DNA of 64,000 nucleotides from Candidatus Nanohaloarchaea archaeon (lineage in GTDB: Archaea > Nanohalarchaeota > Nanosalinia > Nanosalinales > Nanosalinaceae), in the NCBI GenBank assembly GCA_047617985.1, contig JBLGBS010000003.1:1-64000 (forward strand). Direction: 5' to 3'. This document shows positions 37,763 to 45,396 of this stretch, piece by piece. The notes under the pieces were generated by a model. It was not told the origin of the DNA. It saw nothing but the letters and a program-made list of their open reading frames with translations, and searched no databases. The position numbers were made by a program, and so were the translations under genes. The stretch's first letter is position 1. Every line of letters starts with the position of its first letter.

Positions 37763-38371
37763 ATTACTTTCCTGCTTGAAACCGACAAATCTCACTCTTC
37801 CATGCCTGGTTACCTCACCGCTCTCTGCCCGGAACTTTTTCACCACCTGTGTTCCATTTTCCTCAACCGGAGCCACGAGAACACCTTTTTCTGTCAGCCT
37901 CTTCTTCGCGCTTTCAAACTTTTCAGGCGGTACAGCACAGGAGTAAAGTATCCTATCAAACCCTCCTTTCACCGGCTCTAGACCGCTCCCCCGAATAATC
38001 TCTACATTTTCAATTCCAGCCTTCTCCAGGTTTTCACGTGATTGATCGACGAGATCCATATTTATCTCGATTCCTGTCACCTCATCTGCTATCTCAGCCA
38101 GTACCGCAACCTGATAGCCTGAACCGGAGCCGACCTCAACAATCCTGTCATCGGATTCAGGTTCAAGCAGCTCCGTGTTTATCGCAACCATGTGAGGAGC
38201 GGAGATTGTCTCTTCCTCACCAATCGGTAGAGGCTGATCTTCATAAGCACTCATCCGGTACTTTTCAGGCACAAAGACAGCTCTGTCAACGTTCCGGAAA
38301 GCTTTTTCTACCTCTTCCGACTTGAGGTGGTTCTTCTGTTTCAGCCGGTCAACCATGCCGTCCAGATCCAT
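37754..38371 (-). CDS. pcm: Protein-L-isoaspartate O-methyltransferase
   Basis: FVPEKYRMSAYEDQPLPIGEEETISAPHMV plus the SAM-binding motif VEVGSGSGY are classic PIMT. Confidence 0.85.
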   Translation of the reverse strand: MDLDGMVDRLKQKNHLKSEEVEKAFRNVDRAVFVPEKYRMSAYEDQPLPIGEEETISAPHMVAINTELLEPESDDRIVEVGSGSGYQVAVLAEIADEVTGIEINMDLVDQSRENLEKAGIENVEIIRGSGLEPVKGGFDRILYSCAVPPEKFESAKKRLTEKGVLVAPVEENGTQVVKKFRAESGEVTRHGRVRFVGFKQESNSD

Positions 38372-38407
38372 GTTTTTAACTGTAGAGTTCCAACTTTCAT
38401 TTAGTTT

Positions 38408-38839
38408 ATGGACAAGGAGAAGTTTAGAGAGCGGAAGAAGCTGATTGAAGTAACTGAAAGGCTTAATAGAGACCTTGACGCACTTGTAGTCGAGGGGTTC
38501 TGCGACAAACAGGTGATGAGAAAGCTTGGTTTTGAAGGAAAAATATTCCTGTCAGCTGAAAGAAACAACGAGCTCCTGGCCGAAGACGTAGAGCGGGGAG
38601 CTGAAAGAGTTGCCGTGTTAACCGATTTCGACTCTCATGGAAAAAAGCAGAACCATGAAATCAGACAGGAACTTCAGGGCAAAGTAGATGTCATCAAAGC
38701 ATCCAGAAGAGAATTCGGAGCCCAGCTGACCTCAACTGGAAGGAGAGCAATCGAAGATATTGAACCACTGTTCCACTCGAAAGAAGAAAAATTTGTTGAT
38801 GCAGCACTCGACCAGATCTACATTGGAACCGGAAACTAG
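38408..38839 (+). CDS. Small Toprim-domain protein
   Basis: Conserved Glu in ALVVEGFCD and the DxD in VAVLTDFDSHG match the Toprim fold. Confidence 0.5.
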   Translation: MDKEKFRERKKLIEVTERLNRDLDALVVEGFCDKQVMRKLGFEGKIFLSAERNNELLAEDVERGAERVAVLTDFDSHGKKQNHEIRQELQGKVDVIKASRREFGAQLTSTGRRAIEDIEPLFHSKEEKFVDAALDQIYIGTGN

Positions 38840-38844
38840 ATTTT

Positions 38845-39834
38845 TCAGAAATCCGTCAGCGAGCTCTGGTTGCTTTTCAGCGCCCGGGCGTTGAAGCCTT
38901 TTTCCCGTGAGAGATAGGATGCGAATGCTTCGTCGAAACCGTGATGGGTGTAGACTTTCTCTGGATCAACTTTCTCAACTAATTTAACCAGCTCATCGAA
39001 GTCGCAGTGGTCGGAGAAAGGGAAAGCTCTATCATATCCTCCTCTGTATTTGAAAGAATTATCAACTGCCCAGCCCGAGAAACCTGCTTTCAAACCAGAA
39101 TGTTTTTCCACTAGTTTCTCAATATAGTTTGCTTTTGAGGAGCGGGAAGGTGCTACCATTATCCCGTTCTGATCCAGAATGGATTTATTGTTTTTGTAGT
39201 TTTTCGCTCTGAACTCTAACCCGGTGTTTTCCTCGATTACATCGTTCATTTTCTTGACTGCACCGTGAGCTATTATCGGTCTGTCGGTTGTTTTCTGTAT
39301 CAGATGCTGTATTTTCTGAGCTTTCCCCAGCGAGTAGGCGAACAGGAAAAGAGGTCTCTGTGTGTCTTTGATCCAGTCCATTATTTCTTTCTCTACCTGT
39401 TTCTGGTCTGGGAACCGGTAGTTCGGTATACCATAAGTTGACTCTATTATAAGCTCTTCAGCTTTCACAGGTTCAAAACCGTCTATGTAGGCACGGTTTC
39501 GTGTTGAGACATCTCCGGTGTACAGAATACTGTTGTCTATTAGGGAAGCGGTCGATCCCAGAACATGGCCGGAAGGTATAAGCTCTACAGTTTCGTGGCT
39601 GGCTGTATCCAGCGAGACATCAAATCTTGTCTCTGTAATTTTCCGGGTGAGATCGGAGCAGATGATCTGATCCGAGTCATTCTTTAGGGCGTGGTCGGCG
39701 TGCGCATGTGATACCACTCCGTAATCCATATCCTTTCTCCGGCTGTCAAGAGCCAGACTGAGGTCTCCCTCTACTCTTATCCCGTTTCTGTGCTTGATAC
39801 TGGTCATTGTGTTAGTTTTAATACCGGGCTCCAC
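38845..39834 (-). CDS. Beta-CASP family metallo-beta-lactamase nuclease
   Basis: MBL motifs HAHADH, GH and TGD, plus beta-CASP motifs A (E in IIESTYG), B (His in IAHGA) and C (His in SDHCD). Confidence 0.6.
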   Translation of the reverse strand: MEPGIKTNTMTSIKHRNGIRVEGDLSLALDSRRKDMDYGVVSHAHADHALKNDSDQIICSDLTRKITETRFDVSLDTASHETVELIPSGHVLGSTASLIDNSILYTGDVSTRNRAYIDGFEPVKAEELIIESTYGIPNYRFPDQKQVEKEIMDWIKDTQRPLFLFAYSLGKAQKIQHLIQKTTDRPIIAHGAVKKMNDVIEENTGLEFRAKNYKNNKSILDQNGIMVAPSRSSKANYIEKLVEKHSGLKAGFSGWAVDNSFKYRGGYDRAFPFSDHCDFDELVKLVEKVDPEKVYTHHGFDEAFASYLSREKGFNARALKSNQSSLTDF

Positions 39835-39860
39835 AAACCTTGTCTTAGGTTTAGAAAAAC

Positions 39861-40151
39861 ATGGTAAGCACCAGTATAGATTTAGCTGATGAAGATAAGC
39901 TTATAGAGATTTCCAAGCCACTATTCTACGGATTCACATTTCTCGCTGCTCTCACAATAGGGGTTTCACCGGCTTACGCAGGTACATTGCTCGGTGTCGC
40001 GGTTATGTCCTCGATCTGCTTTGTCTCAATCGGGCTTTCAAGCACGGTGAACGAAGACTGGCAGAGAGTTCTGCAGATAATCGCCGTAGTCAGCCTGCTT
40101 GGATCGCTTCTCGCAGGAGCTTACATCTCAGCTATGCTTTCAATGGTTTGA
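39861..40151 (+). CDS. Small membrane protein
   Basis: 96 aa with three hydrophobic helices. Confidence 0.35.
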   Translation: MVSTSIDLADEDKLIEISKPLFYGFTFLAALTIGVSPAYAGTLLGVAVMSSICFVSIGLSSTVNEDWQRVLQIIAVVSLLGSLLAGAYISAMLSMV

Positions 40152-40264
40152 TCAGCAACTTCTTTTCTTTTTTATTTTCCCATTAGAAACCTCTGCTTTC
40201 GGAATCTAATTTAAAGCTGAGGTTTGAACCATAAATTACTGGCTGACGGATTTAGCCGGTATAC

Positions 40265-40397
40265 GGGGTCGTAGCTCAACTTGGGAGAGCGTCCGCCTCC
40301 AGAAATTTATGGAGGAATGAAGGTCTTGATTGACCTGATGATTAAGTCCTAGTTCGGAGCTAGCGGAAGGTTGCGGGTTCAAATCCCTCCGGCCCCA
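40265..40397 (+). tRNA. tRNA-Trp (anticodon CCA) with a 59-nt intron at canonical position 37/38 (intron 40303-40361)
   Basis: Exon 1 (40265-40302) is GGGGTCG-TA-GCTC-AACTTGGGA-GAGC-G-TCCGC-CTCCAG. Exon 2 (40362-40397) is A-GCGGA-AGGTT-GCGGG-TTCAAAT-CCCTC-CGGCCCC-A. The intron carries GGAGG segments complementary to the anticodon-loop CCUCC, as needed for a BHB helix. Confidence 0.8.
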
Positions 40398-40400
40398 AAC

Positions 40401-40793
40401 TTATTCTTCGAAACTTTTCTTTGGATGTCTGTAAAACCCTATCTTTCTCTCCAGGTCTCCCCGTTCATCTATAAGTTCGTTCCTGTCCTCTCTCATTTCT
40501 GCGATTCTACCCCTGCAGTACCCTGTCAGCTCTCTTACCTCTCTGGAGGTAATTTCGTCTTCAAGAAATGTGTCAATTAATTCGTCTTCCTCCACCAGAT
40601 CGGCGTGATCTGATTTAATGTATTCCGCATCAAGAACCCGGCCTCCGTTAAACCTGTTCCGGCATCCCTCACCGCATTCATCAAAAGATTTTTTTACAGA
40701 TCCCAGGAAATCCTGGTAGCTCTGTATATCTTGTTCAAGTTCTTCCAGCTGTCCAAATATTTCACGGTATTCCTCGGTAATTTCCTGAACCAC
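40401..40793 (-). CDS. Hypothetical protein
   Basis: 130-aa ORF. Confidence 0.4.
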   Translation of the reverse strand: MVQEITEEYREIFGQLEELEQDIQSYQDFLGSVKKSFDECGEGCRNRFNGGRVLDAEYIKSDHADLVEEDELIDTFLEDEITSREVRELTGYCRGRIAEMREDRNELIDERGDLERKIGFYRHPKKSFEE

Positions 40794-40842
40794 AGGAACA
40801 TTTGACGGTTAAAAATAAAATTTCTTTCGGTCAAACAGGGTT

Positions 40843-41163
40843 ATGGTTTCACCGCTGGAAAACGAGATAAAAGTCGGTAAGGTAAAGGAAGCTGAAAACT
40901 TCGAGGAATCCAACAAACCTGAAATGTTCAAGCTCTGGATAGAAATTAATGGAGAAGAGCTCCAGTCAGCTGCACAGTTAGGATACAATCATTCGACTGA
41001 AGAGGTTGAAGGATCGCAGGTTCTCTGTGTAACAGATCTTGGAGAGGTCAGAATTGCCAGTTTCAAATCTGAAGTTTTGACAGTCGGGGTTCCTGACGAA
41101 GATGGAAACCCTGTTCTTGTTTCCCCGGACAGAGATGTACCTGATGGCGGGAAGCTTTACTGA
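40843..41163 (+). CDS. tRNA-binding OB-fold protein (Myf/EMAP/CsaA-like)
   Basis: IKVGKVKEAE...LWIEINGEELQ...GSQVLCVTDLGEV matches the tRNA-binding domain found at the PheT/MetG C-terminus and in CsaA. Confidence 0.55.
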   Translation: MVSPLENEIKVGKVKEAENFEESNKPEMFKLWIEINGEELQSAAQLGYNHSTEEVEGSQVLCVTDLGEVRIASFKSEVLTVGVPDEDGNPVLVSPDRDVPDGGKLY

Positions 41164-41263
41164 ACTAACTTTTTTGACGAAAAAACTGGCTCCAGCCATT
41201 CATAACAGAACAGAGTAAAAAACTACTGTAAAATAAAAAGAATCTTTTTCCAACTCAAGAACT

Positions 41264-41827
41264 ATGGAAGAAAGAAAAATCACTGATACCGAAAAAATCG
41301 CACAGGACAAGATCGAAAGCAACTTTGACTATGTTCTGAGAACTACTCCAAGAGCCATCGAAGAATTTGAAGAAGAACATCCGGATATCTGTGAAATAGT
41401 CAACCGGAAAGTACAGGAGCAGGGTGTAGAAAATCTCGGCAATGTATTTAGGCCTGGTGTACCGGATTTTCTGGGATTTAATGAGGATGGAAGCTACCGG
41501 TTTATAGAGGTTAAAGGCGGTGGAGACGGTTTAAGACATTCACAGCTGAAATGGTTCAGAGATTTCCAGGATCTGAAATGCGAGATCTGGTTTACCGACA
41601 GCAACGAAGGGATAACCGAGAAAATGAAGTCAGACAAGTTAGAGCTTTACAGCCTGAAAACAGGTTCTGTAAACACAGGAGAAGCCAAAATAGAGGACTC
41701 CAGCAGAGAAGGTTTTCTATCAGTTCAGATACCGGAGACACTGGCAGCGATGATGGAACTCGACTCTGGTGACAAGGTAAACTGGAGTGTGAAGGATCGG
41801 AAAACACTGGAACTTGACACTGACTGA
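41264..41827 (+). CDS. VRR-NUC (PD-ExK) nuclease domain fused to a C-terminal AbrB/SpoVT-like swapped-hairpin domain
   Basis: PDFLGF...YRFIEVKGGGDGLRHSQLKWFRDF is the VRR-NUC E-x-K ...S..Q..W pattern. The C-terminus LSVQIPETLAAMMELDSGDKVNWSV resembles AbrB/MazE. Confidence 0.5.
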   Translation: MEERKITDTEKIAQDKIESNFDYVLRTTPRAIEEFEEEHPDICEIVNRKVQEQGVENLGNVFRPGVPDFLGFNEDGSYRFIEVKGGGDGLRHSQLKWFRDFQDLKCEIWFTDSNEGITEKMKSDKLELYSLKTGSVNTGEAKIEDSSREGFLSVQIPETLAAMMELDSGDKVNWSVKDRKTLELDTD

Positions 41828-41847
41828 ATTCACGAAGGTAATAAGAT

Positions 41848-42531
41848 TTGAGGAGGAAAGGTAAATGGATGGATGAAAGCCTAGAGACGAAATACACTGA
41901 GGATGATTTCCTGGAACTGATGGACGAACTAGCTGGCGCAGTAGTTACATTCGGACAGAACACTGATGAGTACATCGATCTCCTGGAAAGCTATACCGAT
42001 GGAGAGATAAACGACTATAGGCTGAAACATGGTATAGATGATGTTATAGGTTCTCTTGATATACTTTACAGTTCTCTTGAGCCTGTCGACAAATTAATTG
42101 AAGACGAGGTAATGGTAGCACGTATTGAAAGCGGTGAAAGAAAAGGTCTCTGCGATCTGGAGGAAAGCCTCGCTGAAATCTCGAACGGGATCTATTCAAG
42201 AGTTGAAAGCCTAGATCATGTAGTTACTGTTCTGCATTACATGGATGAAACCGGTATAGAAGCAGATGAAAGATATCTTAGATCAGGAAAGGAAATAGGT
42301 GCACCGACTAGAATGATAGCTGAAAAAGACCGGATTCTGGATCTCAGTGAGAAAATAGATACACATTACGAAAAACTTGCCTCTAATGAAGTAAGGGCAC
42401 GACAGCACACAGAATCTGATGAACTGCTTGAAACATATTCTCCAGAACCACCAATATTCCGTATGCTGGGCAATGAAGAACACTCACAACGAGTAAAGAA
42501 GCTGAATATAGAATTCAAAGAAGCGAGATAA
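41848..42531 (+). CDS. Hypothetical acidic protein
   Basis: 227-aa ORF. Confidence 0.4.
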   Translation: MRRKGKWMDESLETKYTEDDFLELMDELAGAVVTFGQNTDEYIDLLESYTDGEINDYRLKHGIDDVIGSLDILYSSLEPVDKLIEDEVMVARIESGERKGLCDLEESLAEISNGIYSRVESLDHVVTVLHYMDETGIEADERYLRSGKEIGAPTRMIAEKDRILDLSEKIDTHYEKLASNEVRARQHTESDELLETYSPEPPIFRMLGNEEHSQRVKKLNIEFKEAR

Positions 42532-42623
42532 AAAAGGTTTCTACTTCAATCCTTATCTTCTCAAACAACCATCTATATAAAAATTAACCTCAATTTACTA
42601 CTTATTAGAAACAACTAAAGGTT

Positions 42624-42872
42624 TTGATTATGAAAAAAGAATTCCGAAACAAACTGACCTCAATCTGCCGTGAAACAGCCAAGACACTGGACATGGCAAG
42701 AAACGGGCCAAGATGGCTGTGCGAAGTAACAGATCTACAGATAGTCGGAGAAGGACGGAAAGTATACCAGTTCTACATTATGGACAAGAACTCCGGCCAC
42801 GAATACCAGGCACAGGCGTCCGTTGAAAGAGAAGAACCAGCAGAATGGGACATCGAAAAAGTTTCCGAGTAA
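42624..42872 (+). CDS. Hypothetical small protein
   Basis: 82-aa ORF. Confidence 0.35.
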   Translation: MIMKKEFRNKLTSICRETAKTLDMARNGPRWLCEVTDLQIVGEGRKVYQFYIMDKNSGHEYQAQASVEREEPAEWDIEKVSE

Positions 42873-43001
42873 ACCCGTCTTAACCCTTTATAGGTAAACT
42901 GAACTAGTCTGAGAGACCTTTATATGATGGAGACTGATGAGGATAAAGAGGTCTACCAGAAAGGAACACCTGAATACTACCAAGCCTGGAATAAATAGGA
43001 T

Positions 43002-43820
43002 TTAAAGCTCCAGCCTCGTCTTCAAACCTTTAACCAGTTTATCGCTGAAAATTGACTTGTAAGCATCCAGAGGACGGAAATCTCCATCCCCGGAGAAGAT
43101 CATTGCACGGTATTTATCTTTTCGTGGTAGTTTCGTAGCTTCAAAATAGAAATCACCGAACTCCGATTCAAACCTGTACATATCTCCATCGAAAACCTCT
43201 TCCTCAAACTCGAAGAAGTATTCTATATCCTCGGAATCTACAAAGTACAGTTCTCCTTTGTAATTGGCTTCATGCAGGTGCGGAGCAGGATTTATTTTTT
43301 CAAGGGAGTTGAAGAGTGTCAGAAGCTCGTCTTTTTCAAGAGGCTTGGCCTCTGTCTGATACCAGCCATCATTGTGCTCCTGAAGCCAGATATCCTTACC
43401 TCTCTCCTTTAGATCTGTCTCCGCAAGATAGCCTCCAGTAAGAGGAACAAAACGATACTCCCTTGGAACAGATAATTTTTCAGCCAGAGATAAACTCCGC
43501 AGATCACCGGTTCCTGATATTTCGGGTGGGTTATTCCAGTCCTGACCACTCCATCTCTCAGCCAGATTCACCATTTGTCCAATCGTGTAATCCTGTTTTG
43601 TGGAGGCCAGATGCTCGAAAACTTCTTCCGGCGGAACATTATCTAACCTTGTAGAATCAGCGATGTACTCAAGATCTTCAGCAAAACCATCTCTGTCAGC
43701 CCACTCCTCAAGAAACTCGGCCATTTCCTCTCCAGAATATATTTCACGAGAATTAAGAGTTAAACCTTCCAGAATCTCCTCCGGCATCAACTCCTCATCT
43801 TCCTCAGAATTCCTGCTCAC
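43002..43820 (-). CDS. Hypothetical acidic protein
   Basis: 272-aa ORF with the composition of the native proteome. Confidence 0.4.
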   Translation of the reverse strand: MSRNSEEDEELMPEEILEGLTLNSREIYSGEEMAEFLEEWADRDGFAEDLEYIADSTRLDNVPPEEVFEHLASTKQDYTIGQMVNLAERWSGQDWNNPPEISGTGDLRSLSLAEKLSVPREYRFVPLTGGYLAETDLKERGKDIWLQEHNDGWYQTEAKPLEKDELLTLFNSLEKINPAPHLHEANYKGELYFVDSEDIEYFFEFEEEVFDGDMYRFESEFGDFYFEATKLPRKDKYRAMIFSGDGDFRPLDAYKSIFSDKLVKGLKTRLEL

Positions 43821-43897
43821 ACCAACTAAATAACAGGTAAAAAACTAAATAAGCAACCCGATCGCTATATATCCAGCTACCAAGCCATGAGTAAAAA

Positions 43898-44371
43898 CTA
43901 ATAATTAATCTCTTTTACAAGAGTATCTAGACGCCTTATTATAACGAAAATAAATAGAAAGTACTGTATTGACATTGACCAAAATAGAACTTCGATTGCC
44001 CAATAAACAGTAAACAATCTCATTAACACGATTACGGAAACTAAGCTAACGACTAAAACTACACTGTATGAAGTATATAGACGCAGACTCCTAAAGAAGT
44101 CCTGAATTATATCCTCATCAGATCCAGTATGAGCAGCTAAGGGGCGTACCAAGCTAAAAACCGTCGTTATAGAAAATCCAGCCAATATAGAAAAGATGGT
44201 TCCGAGGAGGCTCAGATTGGACTGATTTATTTGGGTAAAAGTCGTAACTATAAGACCCATTATTATAGGAAGAGCTATGAAATATTTCAAAAAATATCTC
44301 TCTGATTCTTCATCTGCTATTTCCGTGTAAGCGTTCTCTATTATTGTTTTAGGATTTATTATGCCTGACAT
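43898..44371 (-). CDS. Small integral membrane protein (about 4 TM) in an AT-rich islet
   Basis: Four hydrophobic helices. Its start overlaps the stop of the upstream 315-aa gene by 1 nt. Local GC is markedly lower than the flanks. Confidence 0.45.
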   Translation of the reverse strand: MSGIINPKTIIENAYTEIADEESERYFLKYFIALPIIMGLIVTTFTQINQSNLSLLGTIFSILAGFSITTVFSLVRPLAAHTGSDEDIIQDFFRSLRLYTSYSVVLVVSLVSVIVLMRLFTVYWAIEVLFWSMSIQYFLFIFVIIRRLDTLVKEINY

Positions 44372-45318
44372 TATCTGAAGTTAGTAATCTTTTCACCTTG
44401 ATAAGATTTTTCTAAATCGTCTACTAGGCCTCGAGCATTTTTAGCTAAGCTCCATTGCTTCACCCTACCATCCGAAATTTTAACATGGCTCTTATTTGTA
44501 TCTAAAACTTCTACCATCTTCACTGTGTCCCCATCGTCCAGCGATATAGTCCTTTCCGAACCTTTATCATTCACTACCGCACTTATATCTGCTATATCAA
44601 AATCTTCTAATCGAGATATACCTATCTCCTCATCCTGCTCTAGTGCATCTGCTAGCCTATTCAACCTATATGGAAACTCTCCTCCTTTTCCAGGCTTTAT
44701 TTCTATCATTTGGCGTGTTCTATTATCTAGCTCATCACTAACACGTTCTCCATTTAGTCTTTCTTCATGGTTTAACTCAATTTTTGGTGCTTTCTGAGTT
44801 TCTAATTTAAATCTAAGGAGATTATCCGACTTCCTTAACTGACGAACTACATCTCTAGTATAAACCGGATCGATCTCTATTTTTATCTTATCAGACTCGA
44901 TAGAATCTGATAATTGTTTCTGAAACTCGGTTTTAGCTCCTTTACCTTGAAATTCTTCTAGAATAAGAACTGCTGAGTCTTCAGGAAGTCCATCTGTACG
45001 GGTTAACAAGAAGAAAAAATCCATTTCCATAGAATCGTTGACATCTCGAGCGTTTTCCTCTCTTTCACCTGTTTCAACATTATACCTGTCTTCCTGATAT
45101 CCCCATTCTCCCGTCCGAACTCTACCAATAATTAGCTTCTCTCCTTGATGTAAGCGTTTAACTGAAAATGTCTTTTGCCTAGACTCAGCTACTCCTGCTT
45201 CCTCTAACATCTCAGAAAGTTTAGTGTATATAAACTCTTCGAAGGACTCATAATCTCTTACTACGGGTATATTTTCAGGTTCTATTGAGATTGCAAACAT
45301 ATCCTCCAGATCTTTCAA
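44371..45318 (-). CDS. Hypothetical cytoplasmic protein (315 aa) in an AT-rich islet
   Basis: Its K-rich, less acidic composition and AT-rich codon usage contrast with the neighbours. No family recognised. Confidence 0.45.
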   Translation of the reverse strand: MKDLEDMFAISIEPENIPVVRDYESFEEFIYTKLSEMLEEAGVAESRQKTFSVKRLHQGEKLIIGRVRTGEWGYQEDRYNVETGEREENARDVNDSMEMDFFFLLTRTDGLPEDSAVLILEEFQGKGAKTEFQKQLSDSIESDKIKIEIDPVYTRDVVRQLRKSDNLLRFKLETQKAPKIELNHEERLNGERVSDELDNRTRQMIEIKPGKGGEFPYRLNRLADALEQDEEIGISRLEDFDIADISAVVNDKGSERTISLDDGDTVKMVEVLDTNKSHVKISDGRVKQWSLAKNARGLVDDLEKSYQGEKITNFR

Positions 45319-45396
45319 TCTGGATTTGATAAGGTACTATTTTGTGAGTTGTCATGTTATCACATAGAAAAGGAAAGAGAAGTTAGACCTTTCGGC

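Noticed and set aside
40303-40361. Full box C / D' / C' / D guide RNA with two guides (C34 and U39), as in the Haloferax tRNA-Trp intron
   Set aside because: Only the D'-like and C'-like boxes and one guide are present. There is no RUGAUGA upstream of the guide and no terminal CUGA. Position 39 is G, so I report only a half-guide hypothesis.
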